Virus record (IMG/VR): IMGVR_UViG_3300026292_000003
Span: 62,001-126,000 of that record
Strand: one strand, 5' to 3'
Length of the DNA stretch: 64,000 bases
Part shown: positions 38,616 through 48,143 of the stretch, in pieces
How positions within the stretch are numbered: the stretch's first letter is position 1
Layout of the letters: the number at the start of each line of letters is the position of its first letter
Notes under the pieces: generated by a model
Database searches by the model: none
What the model was told of the DNA's origin: nothing
Seen by the model: only the letters and a program-made list of their open reading frames with translations
Program-made: the position numbers and the translations under genes

Positions 38616-40128
38616 TTTAGATAGATTACTAAAGCTGTCTGGACAAAATGCTCAGAGCCAGACTCAAGATAAAGTAGATAATAGAGAATTTAAAGAAGCA
38701 GTAGGCGAATTTGCAGAACCAATTTATGATTTAATTGATATGCATTTTGAAGGCGACTGCCAACCAGTATTTGATGAACTAGTTCGTTATATGAGCGGTG
38801 ATCAAATTAAAGATTTCGTAGCAGACTTTAGACGTCATCATGAACTACCAAGTCAAGATGAAATTGATGCTGATGTTAATGTAATAGACGATGATGATCC
38901 AAGATATGCAGATGATGAAAATCTTCCAAAAGATGAATCAGTTGAACCAACAGAACCTTCAACAGAAGAAGGTAACGAATTCTCAGGCGAATTAGCTAAA
39001 GCTAAAGCGGCTGGTAAAAAAGAATTTGAAGTTGACGGCAAGAAATATAAAGTTGAAGAAGACGAAACTGAAATTGAAGAAGCAACAGGTAAATGTGAAG
39101 ACTGTGGTTGTGTTATAGATGCTCCAGTAGAAGGTTGCGAATGCCCACACGATTCTCATGATGCAAGTCAAGACAACTGGGTAAAAGAAGCAAATAGATT
39201 AAGAGAGCTTTCAGGAATGTCTGCAATTGAAGAAACTCCAGTAGACGAAGACAAAAGCAGAAAACCTTTCCCAGGTGAATATGATTATACTGATGAGAAG
39301 TATATGGATGCTGATGGTACACCAAAATCAGATGACGATGACGATGACGACGATAAGAAAAAATCTAAAGAGTCAGTTGAAGAAGCACCATTACAAGAAA
39401 CAGGTCCAAAAACTATTAAAGTTGACAAGTTAGTTCCACTAGCAGGAGATAGTATTTGGGATAAAGAAGGCGAAAATCCAAAACAAGTTAAAGTAAGTTC
39501 AATTACTATTATGAATCCATATGAAGATGGTGGATATATGGACGACGAAGAAGATGATGGTTACAGATCAGTAACAGTTGAACATGATGGACCTTGGGAT
39601 ATCTATACAGACACAGGTTTTGAAAAAGCAATTTCAGGCATGATAGGTTTTAATGTAGACTTTACAGAACAAGGTATGCAAGAAGATGGCCATGCAAGTA
39701 TGGAAGGTAATATGAATGAAGATGTTAAGTCAGAAGCTTTCGCAGGCTACAAGCCAAACAGATTTAAAGATATGCCAAAAGGCATGAATGAAGAAGATAA
39801 AGTAGAAAACGAAGAAGAAACTATTGAAGAGGCTCCAACTATGGATACAACACAACTAATTACACTTCTTAAAAACTCAGGCTTATCAGAAGAGCAAATT
39901 AAAGAAAGAGTTAACGAGTGGGCAAACACACCAGCAGTAGGTGCATCAGAAGACAAAGAAACTAGTCATGGTGAACCATATGAGAATTTTGCACAATCAG
40001 TTAATTTAAGTCTGAAAAAATACTTAGATGCTGAAGATTTTAAAGTAGGCTTAAAAGAACATAAAGTTGAAGATATTAAAGAAGCATATAAGAAATCAAA
40101 AGAAGATAAAGAAGCTAAAAAAGACTAA
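38608..40128 (+). CDS. Highly acidic, probable prohead core/internal protein
   Basis: D/E-rich; repeated RL..LSG motifs and many hydrophobic-x-E sites. Confidence 0.55.
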   Translation: MSDLDRLLKLSGQNAQSQTQDKVDNREFKEAVGEFAEPIYDLIDMHFEGDCQPVFDELVRYMSGDQIKDFVADFRRHHELPSQDEIDADVNVIDDDDPRYADDENLPKDESVEPTEPSTEEGNEFSGELAKAKAAGKKEFEVDGKKYKVEEDETEIEEATGKCEDCGCVIDAPVEGCECPHDSHDASQDNWVKEANRLRELSGMSAIEETPVDEDKSRKPFPGEYDYTDEKYMDADGTPKSDDDDDDDDKKKSKESVEEAPLQETGPKTIKVDKLVPLAGDSIWDKEGENPKQVKVSSITIMNPYEDGGYMDDEEDDGYRSVTVEHDGPWDIYTDTGFEKAISGMIGFNVDFTEQGMQEDGHASMEGNMNEDVKSEAFAGYKPNRFKDMPKGMNEEDKVENEEETIEEAPTMDTTQLITLLKNSGLSEEQIKERVNEWANTPAVGASEDKETSHGEPYENFAQSVNLSLKKYLDAEDFKVGLKEHKVEDIKEAYKKSKEDKEAKKD

Positions 40129-40152
40129 ATTAAGATTTCCCCTCCCGAAATA

Positions 40153-40182
40153 TAACCGTGCGGTGTATTAACTGCACGGTTA
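40153..40182 (+). terminator. Hairpin (terminator-like) immediately before late promoter TATAAATAC (40188)
   Basis: TAACCGTGCGGT-loop-ACTGCACGGTTA. Confidence 0.6.
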
Positions 40183-40213
40183 ATTCATATAAATACAATG
40201 CAGGAGGATTAAC

Positions 40214-41770
40214 GTGGCAGTAGACACAAAATTAACCAAAACCCCTTATAGAAAAGAAAAGTATACAGAAGCTCAACTTACAGAGTTGGCTAGATGTGCC
40301 AATGACCCAAAATATTTTATGAGGGAGCATTGTTATATTCAGCATCCTACTCAAGGACGTCTAAAATTTGATCTATATGATTTTCAAGACGAGTTAGTAG
40401 ATGTATATCATAAAAATAGATATAGTATTAGTATGTTAGCTAGGCAGATGGGTAAGTCAACCTGTGCGGCTGGTTACTTGTTATGGTATGCTATGTTTAA
40501 TCCTGATCAAACAATTTTAGTAGCGGCACACAAATATGCAGGTGCAAGTGAAATTATGCAACGTGTTAGATTTGCATATGAAACATTACCAGATTTTATA
40601 CGTGCAGGTGTTACTTCTTATAACAAAGGAAGTTTAGAATTTGATAACGGAAGTAGAATTATTGCACAATCAACAACAGAAAACACAGGTAGAGGTTTAT
40701 CTATTTCATTAGTATACTTAGACGAGTTTGCATTTGTTAGACCAAACATAGCTAAAGAATTTTGGACCTCACTTTCTCCTACACTAGCAACAGGTGGTAA
40801 ATGTATTATTACAAGTACGCCAAATATGGACGATGATCAGTTTGCACAAATTTGGAGAGATGCATTAAAGAATCAAGATGAATTTGGAAATGAAACAGAT
40901 ACAGGTTCAAATGGTTTTGCTCATTATATGGCAACTTGGGAAAGTCACCCAGATAGAGACGAAGATTGGGCTGAAGTTGAATTAGGAAAAATTGGCGAAG
41001 AAAGATTTAGACGTGAACATAAATGTGAATTTATTGCATTTGACGAAACATTAATTGATAGTATTAAACTTGCAAATATGGAAGCAAGGGATCCTTATGC
41101 AGTAGCAGGACAAGTTAGATGGTATTCGCCTTTAGCAAAAGGTAAACTTTATATGATAGCATTAGATCCTAGTTTAGGTACAGGTGGAGATAATAGTGCT
41201 ATACAAGTTTATCAGATGCCAGGAATGAAACAAATGGCAGAGTGGATGCATAATAGAACTACAGTACAAGGACAAGTAAAAATTGTACGTGAAATTGCAC
41301 AATACATTGAAAGTGAAACAAATGGAGATTGTGAAATATATTATAGTATGGAAAACAATACACTTGGTGAAGCGGCCCTAGTTACAGTAGAAGAAATTGG
41401 AGAAGAAATGTTTCCTGGTACATTTTTAACTGAAACAAAACAACACGGAAATTCTAGAAGATATAGAAGAGGGTTTACAACAACACACAAATCAAAAATA
41501 TCAGCCTGTGCTAAACTAAAGCATTGGATTGAGACGGAGAAATTAGAGGTAGCAAGTAAACCTCTATTAAGAGAATTAAAAACATTTATAGCTAGAGGAA
41601 ATAGTTATGCGGCCAAAGATGGTGAGAATGATGACTTGGTAATGGCACTAGTATTAATAGTACGTATGAGTATGGAAGTGTCAAAATACGAAGAATCTGC
41701 ATTTGAGTACCTTAACGACGACTTTGAAGATGGTGATGGAATGGAGCCAATGCCATTTAGCCTACTATAA
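40214..41770 (+). CDS. terL: Terminase large subunit (T4 gp17-like)
   Basis: LYDFQ, ARQMGKST Walker A, YLDEFAFV Walker B, TSTPN, LDPSLG, ENN, DDLVMA. Confidence 0.97.
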   Translation: MAVDTKLTKTPYRKEKYTEAQLTELARCANDPKYFMREHCYIQHPTQGRLKFDLYDFQDELVDVYHKNRYSISMLARQMGKSTCAAGYLLWYAMFNPDQTILVAAHKYAGASEIMQRVRFAYETLPDFIRAGVTSYNKGSLEFDNGSRIIAQSTTENTGRGLSISLVYLDEFAFVRPNIAKEFWTSLSPTLATGGKCIITSTPNMDDDQFAQIWRDALKNQDEFGNETDTGSNGFAHYMATWESHPDRDEDWAEVELGKIGEERFRREHKCEFIAFDETLIDSIKLANMEARDPYAVAGQVRWYSPLAKGKLYMIALDPSLGTGGDNSAIQVYQMPGMKQMAEWMHNRTTVQGQVKIVREIAQYIESETNGDCEIYYSMENNTLGEAALVTVEEIGEEMFPGTFLTETKQHGNSRRYRRGFTTTHKSKISACAKLKHWIETEKLEVASKPLLRELKTFIARGNSYAAKDGENDDLVMALVLIVRMSMEVSKYEESAFEYLNDDFEDGDGMEPMPFSLL

Positions 41771-41810
41771 TGCTTAAAATGATAAATACATTAAAGGATA
41801 ACTAAACACA

Positions 41811-43283
41811 ATGGAATTATCGACAGAAATTTTTAATATACTAAAAGGTGCCAATATCAAATTAAAGTTATTTGATGAGATGGGTGCTAAAACACTAGAT
41901 CCTGAATCAGCTTCTAGATTTTATGCATACGAAGATGATTTTTTAGTAACAAAAAGAATTGAGAATGAAGATACGGAAATTGTAGTTCAAGCAGGTGCAG
42001 ACTTTAGTTTTGATAAAAACAAAGCCATGCTTGACAGTATAAAGAAAGCAGGACATAACGCCATGGCAGAATATAACGTAAGAAAATTTGATAAAAACAT
42101 AGTTCCAAAAGACTTTGTAGCTGAAGGCTATGAAAAAACTTGTTTAAATACTATTAAAGATGCAGGATTAGATGGTTTCTTTAATAACGGAACATTATAC
42201 ATTGAAGGTGGTAAAGCTGATGTACAATCGGCTAGAGAAGCTATACAAGCTGAACCAGATATTTACAAAGCACCTCCTATTGCTAAAGATACAGAATTTT
42301 ATGGTATGAATGATTTTACTGAAACAGTAAATGAAGCATACAAAAAAGCAACAGGTACATTAAAGTCGAGTTATATTATGTTTCCTGAATCAAGATTAGT
42401 TATCAGACACAACAAAGCTATAGACGAAGAAATACGTGGTAGTAGATCACGTAATATTAAAGGCCTGTTTGTTGAAAATTCAGCAGGTGAAAGATTTAGA
42501 TTTCCATACAAATACTTAAATGGTGCAAAAGCTATGGCCAACCATGTAAGTAACGGTGGAACTCCATATGATGCAATTGGTGAATCGATACTATCTATTT
42601 GTGAAGAAGTTTCACAAATAAATCAGTTTGTAAGACACGTTCGTTCAAATAAATTAGTTAACGAAACAAACGAAAATATTTTAGAGGCTTGTAAAAGAAA
42701 ACTACATTCTCTAAAACGTACAGTTGAAAGTTTACAGACAGTAAGAGGATACAATGATTACCAAGTAAAAGAGAAGGTAATAGAAAATTCAGATAAACCG
42801 GTTGACATTGCAGATAAATTCATGTACAATACGTTTAAGAATGCAGATATGAATGCAGTTCTTGAAACAGTGGCTCGTATTGTAAAAGAGGCAGATTCGA
42901 TGGATGATATGGTAAATGACGCAATCATGAAGTTATACAAAATGATTACAGATAAAGTTGATTTTAAACTTACTATTGATCCTAACGATCCGGATCATCC
43001 AGACAACGAAGATCCTGTTAAATACTCAGGTGGTATGGGAGCAATGGCAAAATTAAGTAGCCTACTATCATACCTTGCTATGAACAGTAAAAATGATGAA
43101 GCATTTAATCATTTACAATTAGTTGGTAGTGAATTAAGTCGTTTATCACAAAAGCAAATGATGTTGGTAAACAAAATGGCTATGTTCTTAGACAAGCATT
43201 ATAAAGCACCAGCTAAAGAAAAAGCACCAGCTGAGAGTATTGTAGAATCATCGGTAAAAAGTTTACGTAGAAAAATTGCGTAA
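41811..43283 (+). CDS. Hypothetical late protein
   Basis: Late promoter GATAAATAC 41781; RSRNIK..FVEN..GERF..P..L.GAKAMA.HV..GG.PYD. Confidence 0.65.
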   Translation: MELSTEIFNILKGANIKLKLFDEMGAKTLDPESASRFYAYEDDFLVTKRIENEDTEIVVQAGADFSFDKNKAMLDSIKKAGHNAMAEYNVRKFDKNIVPKDFVAEGYEKTCLNTIKDAGLDGFFNNGTLYIEGGKADVQSAREAIQAEPDIYKAPPIAKDTEFYGMNDFTETVNEAYKKATGTLKSSYIMFPESRLVIRHNKAIDEEIRGSRSRNIKGLFVENSAGERFRFPYKYLNGAKAMANHVSNGGTPYDAIGESILSICEEVSQINQFVRHVRSNKLVNETNENILEACKRKLHSLKRTVESLQTVRGYNDYQVKEKVIENSDKPVDIADKFMYNTFKNADMNAVLETVARIVKEADSMDDMVNDAIMKLYKMITDKVDFKLTIDPNDPDHPDNEDPVKYSGGMGAMAKLSSLLSYLAMNSKNDEAFNHLQLVGSELSRLSQKQMMLVNKMAMFLDKHYKAPAKEKAPAESIVESSVKSLRRKIA

Positions 43284-43290
43284 AAAGTAC

Positions 43291-43319
43291 TTGACAGTAA
43301 GTACTATAAACTGTATACT
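43291..43319 (+). promoter_or_regulatory. Sigma70-like promoter of the gp32-UvsX-UvsY operon
   Basis: TTGACA-N17-TATACT. Confidence 0.8.
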
Positions 43320-43414
43320 GTACGGGCTAACAAAGGCAAACGTAATCAATAGATTACACTAAAAAGTTAACACAGAGTTAACTTACTATTATAGGCTAAT
43401 AAAGGAGATACATT

Positions 43415-44437
43415 ATGGCATCTTTAGCAGATATCCGTGCTAAATTACAAGCACAAGAAACAAAGAGCTCAAGCTCAAGTATGGCGTCCGATAACGCCAT
43501 TTTCGCTCACTGGAATATTCCAGAAGGCACATCAGCAACACTTAGATTCTTACCAGACGCAGACGAGAACAATACTTTCTTTTGGAAAGAAAGACAAATG
43601 ATTCGTTTGAGTTTTCCTGGTGTAAAGGGTCAAGACGAAACTAAACCAGTAACAGTACAGGTTCCTTGCGTTGAAATGTGGGGAGAACAATGCCCAGTTC
43701 ATGCAGAAATCCGTCCTTGGTTTAAAGATACGACTATGGAAGATATGGGTCGTAAGTATTGGAAAAAACGTTCATACATTTTCCAAGGTTTTGTAACTGC
43801 AAGTGATATGCAGGAAGACAGTCTTCCAGAAAATCCAATCAGACGATTTGTTATTTCACCTCAGATTTATAAAATTATCAGTTCAGCATTAATGGATCCT
43901 GAATTTCAGGAGATACCAACTGATTATGAAGCAGGTACAGATTTTGTAATTAAGAAATCTACCAAAGGTCAGTATGCTGATTATTCAACATCTAATTGGG
44001 CTCGTAGAGAACGTAGTCTAGATCAAGCAGAACGTGATGCTATTGCAAAACACGGTTTGTTTAATCTAAATGACTTCCTTCCTAAGAAGCCAGATGCAGA
44101 ATCGCTAAACGCAATTTTTGAAATGTTTGAAGCGAGTGTTGATGGACAACTATATGATCCAGAACGTTTTGGTTCTTATTATCGTCCATATGGTGTAGAT
44201 GCACCAAGTGGTAGTTCACCAAAGCCAGAAGCTAAGGTGGCAGAAGCTACTGCTAGTACACCGCAACCAGCACCTCAACCGGCGCCAGTAGTACCAGTTA
44301 CTCCAACGCCAACGCCAGCACCAGCGGCACCAGTAGTTAATAAGGAACCAGAAATGGCAACTGCTACTGCGGCACCAGCAGGTGATGCACCGAGTGCTCA
44401 AGACATTTTAGCGGCTATTAGAAATAGAAAGCAGTAA
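43415..44437 (+). CDS. Single-stranded DNA-binding protein (T4 gp32-like)
   Basis: LRFLPD, C..MWGEQCPV, YWKKRSY, GTDF.IKK..KG.YADYS.S; Pro/Ala linker. Confidence 0.9.
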   Translation: MASLADIRAKLQAQETKSSSSSMASDNAIFAHWNIPEGTSATLRFLPDADENNTFFWKERQMIRLSFPGVKGQDETKPVTVQVPCVEMWGEQCPVHAEIRPWFKDTTMEDMGRKYWKKRSYIFQGFVTASDMQEDSLPENPIRRFVISPQIYKIISSALMDPEFQEIPTDYEAGTDFVIKKSTKGQYADYSTSNWARRERSLDQAERDAIAKHGLFNLNDFLPKKPDAESLNAIFEMFEASVDGQLYDPERFGSYYRPYGVDAPSGSSPKPEAKVAEATASTPQPAPQPAPVVPVTPTPTPAPAAPVVNKEPEMATATAAPAGDAPSAQDILAAIRNRKQ

Positions 44438-44445
44438 TATAAATT

Positions 44446-44473
44446 GAGAGTGTAGCTTCGGCTACACTCTTTT
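44446..44473 (+). terminator. Rho-independent terminator with cUUCGg tetraloop
   Basis: AGAGTGTAGC-TTCG-GCTACACTCT-TTT. Confidence 0.9.
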
Positions 44474-44491
44474 AACAAGGAGAAAAAACAT

Positions 44492-45586
44492 ATGGCAAAA
44501 CCATTTGACGTAAGTAAATTCCGTAAAAGTATTACAAAGTCAGTTCCAGGTCTTTCTATAGGCTTTAACGATCCTGACACTTGGATATCTACAGGAAATT
44601 ATACATTAAACAAACTTATCAGTGATGACTTTCATAAAGGTGTACCACTAGGTAAGGTTACAGTACTTGCAGGAGAATCAGGTGCTGGTAAATCATTTAT
44701 TGCCGCCGGCAATATTGTAAAAAATGCACAAGACCAAGGTATATTTGTTATTCTTATTGATAGTGAGAACGCACTAGATGAGAAATGGCTACACGCCTTG
44801 GACGTTGACACAGATCCAGAAAAACTATTAAAGTTAAACATGAGTATGATTGATGATGTTGCTAAAACAGTTAGTGACTTTATGAGAGATTATAAAGCAG
44901 AATATGCTGAAGCAGATCCAGAATCAAGACCTAAAGTACTTTTTGTAGTTGATAGTTTGGGTATGTTATTAACACCAACAGATGTTGATCAGTTTAACAA
45001 AGGTGATATGAAAGGTGATATGGGTCGTAAGCCTAAAGCACTAACAGCCTTGGTTAGAAATACTGTTAATATGTTTGGTGAATACAATGTGGGTATGGTA
45101 TGTACTAATCATACATATGCTTCGCAAGATATGTTTGATCCAGATGATAAAATATCAGGTGGACAAGGTTTTATCTATGCAAGTAGTATTGTTATTGCTA
45201 TGCGAAAACTTAAATTAAAAGTTGATGCAGATGGTAACAAAACAAGTGAAGTACATGGTATCAGAGCCGCTTGTAAAGTTATGAAGACAAGATATTCTAA
45301 ACCATTTGAAAGTGTACAAGTTGAAATTCCTTATGAAACAGGAATGAGTCCACACAGTGGTTTGGTAGACTTCTTTGAAGGCAAAGGTGCCCTTAAAAAG
45401 ACAGGAAACAGGCTTGAATATACAAGTCCTGTAACAGGAGAAGTTATTACAAAATTCCGTAAGGCTTGGGCAAGTAATGAAGATCAACACTTGGATCTAG
45501 TTATGACGGAATGGGATAAGCAACCTCAAGATGTGCAAGATGCACTTCCAGAACAAGAAGCACCTGAAGTAATAACCGAGGAGTAA
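44492..45586 (+). CDS. uvsX: RecA-like recombinase UvsX
   Basis: ISTGNYTLN, AGESGAGKS, IDSENA, VDSLG, NHTY, SGG.GFIYASS. Confidence 0.95.
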   Translation: MAKPFDVSKFRKSITKSVPGLSIGFNDPDTWISTGNYTLNKLISDDFHKGVPLGKVTVLAGESGAGKSFIAAGNIVKNAQDQGIFVILIDSENALDEKWLHALDVDTDPEKLLKLNMSMIDDVAKTVSDFMRDYKAEYAEADPESRPKVLFVVDSLGMLLTPTDVDQFNKGDMKGDMGRKPKALTALVRNTVNMFGEYNVGMVCTNHTYASQDMFDPDDKISGGQGFIYASSIVIAMRKLKLKVDADGNKTSEVHGIRAACKVMKTRYSKPFESVQVEIPYETGMSPHSGLVDFFEGKGALKKTGNRLEYTSPVTGEVITKFRKAWASNEDQHLDLVMTEWDKQPQDVQDALPEQEAPEVITEE

Positions 45587-45588
45587 GG

Positions 45589-45870
45589 ATGAATATAACA
45601 GATGGAGACTTTGAATTATTGTTTAATCTGTATGATGAAGCTAAAGAGTTTATTAGTGAAAAAGATAAACCTGAATTTGCTAATAAATTCATTTATCATT
45701 TGTCTGATTATGGGTTTGAAATAAAATCTGCGGCAAAAGAGATAGCTGATCATTGTGATTATCTTGCAGATGCAATGGATGAATATTTAGAACATAACGA
45801 TGATGATGAAGATCCGTATGATGACTATAGTGAAGGCTATAGTGATGACGATGACAATGAAGACTATTAA
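45589..45870 (+). CDS. Acidic hypothetical protein
   Basis: GAGGAG RBS; lies between uvsX and uvsY. Confidence 0.65.
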   Translation: MNITDGDFELLFNLYDEAKEFISEKDKPEFANKFIYHLSDYGFEIKSAAKEIADHCDYLADAMDEYLEHNDDDEDPYDDYSEGYSDDDDNEDY

Positions 45871-45873
45871 ACT

Positions 45874-46332
45874 ATGAGTGTATGGTATCGTAAAGTAACT
45901 GCCCAATTAGGCGAGATAGTTAATGCTATTTCTCACTTTGAGAAAGAAATTGATCAAGCTCGTTATGAATGTGGGATGAAAGGTAATCTCGAAAAACAAA
46001 GTAGAGATATGCCTGGAATTGTTGAACATAGATTCAACCAGTTACAGGAAGTGGAAGCCATATTAGAGTTTCTCAATACAGAAATGAGAAAATTACGTGC
46101 TAAAACGTTTAGGAAGTACTTGGAAAACTACAATAAAGCATTAAGCAGTAGAGATGCTGAAAAGTATGTAGACGGAGAACAAGAAGTAGTGGATTTACAG
46201 TACTTGATCAATGATTTTAGTTTAGTACGTAACAGATATATAGGGATTATTAAGGCTTTAGAAGCTAAACAATTCCAAATAAACAACATAGTTAAGCTAA
46301 GAGCGGCTGGTTTAGAAGATATTTCGTTATAA
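45874..46332 (+). CDS. uvsY: Recombination mediator UvsY
   Basis: Helical; KYVDGE, K.FQINNIVKLR.AG C-terminus; synteny with uvsX. Confidence 0.8.
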   Translation: MSVWYRKVTAQLGEIVNAISHFEKEIDQARYECGMKGNLEKQSRDMPGIVEHRFNQLQEVEAILEFLNTEMRKLRAKTFRKYLENYNKALSSRDAEKYVDGEQEVVDLQYLINDFSLVRNRYIGIIKALEAKQFQINNIVKLRAAGLEDISL

Positions 46333-46346
46333 CGCCATATTATTGG

Positions 46347-46375
46347 TTGACAAAAATTTTTTTAAGCCGTATAAT
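46347..46375 (+). promoter_or_regulatory. Consensus sigma70 promoter
   Basis: TTGACA-N17-TATAAT. Confidence 0.85.
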
Positions 46376-46431
46376 TAACGTATAGATTGTAAAAACCAAC
46401 AGGGCGGACATCCCAAACACAGGAGCAAACT

Positions 46432-47145
46432 ATGCCAAAAAATTTATTCAATAAAATTACCACACTTGATGTAATGTGTGCTTCTGTTGAAGTATACAAG
46501 TCACAAGGCTTCATTAAAAGCGGCCATGGGTACACAGATACTGATGCAAAAAGCGGTAAAGATATAACAATAGAAGATAATAAAACTATGATGTTATCTT
46601 TGCTAAAAGCAAAAGATGCCGGTAAGGTAAATTTTACAACAGAAACTGTAGAAGAAGCTAATAATCTTATTAATAGTATTAATGGTAAATTAATGCTAAA
46701 AAAGATGACCAATACTCTTAATAATTTTGAGAGTAATGTTGTTAAAGCATTATCAGAAGCTGATGTGAATAAATTTTCAATAAGCATTATCGCAAGTTTA
46801 CCACATAGTGTTAGTATTGACAAAAAACGTGAGCAGGTTGCAGATCGTATGTCAAGTCTAAAACATAGTAGCCAATATTTTGGTGAAAAAGGTAAACGTT
46901 TCGATATTGATGTAGAAGTACTTGATGTTAAGTTTATTCAAACTAGTAATGTCTATATGATTTCTACTTGTTATGCAGAAAAAGATATTGTTAAGTTTTG
47001 GTGGAGAGATCAACCAGACATTAGCGATATTATTGCTAACAAAACTATTAAAATTCGTGCTACAGTTAATAAGCACGAATTATCTAAATACACAGGTGCC
47101 AAAGAGACTATGGTAAACCGTGTTAAAATTTTAAGTATTAAATAA
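46432..47145 (+). CDS. Hypothetical protein with probable C-terminal OB-fold
   Basis: YFGEKGKR...I.ATV.KH.....ET.VNRVK pattern. Confidence 0.6.
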   Translation: MPKNLFNKITTLDVMCASVEVYKSQGFIKSGHGYTDTDAKSGKDITIEDNKTMMLSLLKAKDAGKVNFTTETVEEANNLINSINGKLMLKKMTNTLNNFESNVVKALSEADVNKFSISIIASLPHSVSIDKKREQVADRMSSLKHSSQYFGEKGKRFDIDVEVLDVKFIQTSNVYMISTCYAEKDIVKFWWRDQPDISDIIANKTIKIRATVNKHELSKYTGAKETMVNRVKILSIK

Positions 47146-47475
47146 ATGATGCTAGATATATTGGTAAAATCTGTCGTTGGTGGTGTGATTATTGGTGTAG
47201 TAAGTACCATAGCACAAAAGTATCCAACAATAGGTGCCTTTATAATGGGAATACCTATAGTAACTTTTATTACATTGGTAATTCTTTATTATAATGGAAT
47301 AGATTATCAAACTTTAAAAACTTTTAGTTACCAAACGGTATACTTTGTATTGGTAAGTTTGATTTTCTTTCCTTTATTCATTTGGTTTTATCCAGGTGGG
47401 TTTTGGATAGCACTTCTTGGTAGTGCGGCCATTGTTGGTACAATGATGGTAATCCTAGCAAAAATAATTGCTTGA
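47146..47475 (+). CDS. Four-TM membrane protein (DUF3147-like)
   Basis: K..VGG.II..VS.IA.KYP.IGA.I.GIP. Confidence 0.65.
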   Translation: MMLDILVKSVVGGVIIGVVSTIAQKYPTIGAFIMGIPIVTFITLVILYYNGIDYQTLKTFSYQTVYFVLVSLIFFPLFIWFYPGGFWIALLGSAAIVGTMMVILAKIIA

Positions 47476-47536
47476 CATATTTCGCATTTTATTATATAGT
47501 AATACTTAATTTAATTTATTAAATTAATTTAATAAA
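47472..47536 (+). promoter_or_regulatory. Sigma70-like promoter plus 22-bp palindrome
   Basis: TTGACA-N17-TATAGT; TTTATTAAATTAATTTAATAAA at 47515-47536. Confidence 0.7.
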
Positions 47537-47554
47537 AACAAGGGAGAAAATAAA

Positions 47555-47815
47555 ATGGCAAGATCAAATGCAAAAGGTGCTACTTTCTTTTCAGAAGGTA
47601 CACAAAATCAACAAATCCTAGCTAATTTTTGGGGAACAGGCAAAACGTTTACAATGAACGATCTAAGAAATGACTTAGATATTGCTTCTCCAGCGGCTAG
47701 ATTGCTTGAGCTAAAAGAAGCTGGCTTTAACGTAAGAGCTAAAGCAGTTGATTCAGGCGCAGTAGGCAGACCTGAAATGGAATATTCAATTCCAAGAAGA
47801 AGAGTAGTAGCATAG
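47555..47815 (+). CDS. Small winged helix-turn-helix DNA-binding protein
   Basis: T..DL...LDIASPAARLLELKEAGFNV. Confidence 0.7.
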   Translation: MARSNAKGATFFSEGTQNQQILANFWGTGKTFTMNDLRNDLDIASPAARLLELKEAGFNVRAKAVDSGAVGRPEMEYSIPRRRVVA

Positions 47816-47834
47816 TCTACTTAATACCGAAAAC

Positions 47835-47861
47835 AGGGCCCGTTTTATAATGGGCCCTTTT
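47835..47861 (+). terminator. Rho-independent terminator
   Basis: AGGGCCCGTT-loop-AATGGGCCCT-TTT. Confidence 0.85.
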
Positions 47862-47868
47862 CTACGAT

Positions 47869-48009
47869 ATGAGAATAATTTGCTATAAATCATATAACGA
47901 TTATATTACACACGATTTTCCAAAAGAAGAATTAGAAGAAATACTGAAAATTTGCAAAGAATTAGAAATAAAATGGTATTGTATTGTGTATGATTCTCAC
48001 CCAGAATAA
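47869..48009 (+). CDS. Putative 46-aa protein (MRIICYKSYNDY...WYCIVYDSHPE)
   Basis: Open frame below the ORF-track cutoff that fills the gap; no clear RBS. Confidence 0.4.
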   Translation: MRIICYKSYNDYITHDFPKEELEEILKICKELEIKWYCIVYDSHPE

Positions 48010-48071
48010 AAAACCCTTATATTTCAAGGGTTTACACATCAAAAAAAATTAAAAAAAAGTGCATAAAAAGG

Positions 48072-48100
48072 TTGACCTTTTCACCAAGATGTCTTATTAT
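48072..48100 (+). promoter_or_regulatory. Sigma70-like early promoter related to the one at 25097
   Basis: TTGACC-N17-TATTAT; shared flanking blocks. Confidence 0.65.
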
Positions 48101-48143
48101 ATATGTATAGTTAGAAAATAAACAATTAAGAAAGAGGTCTCAA

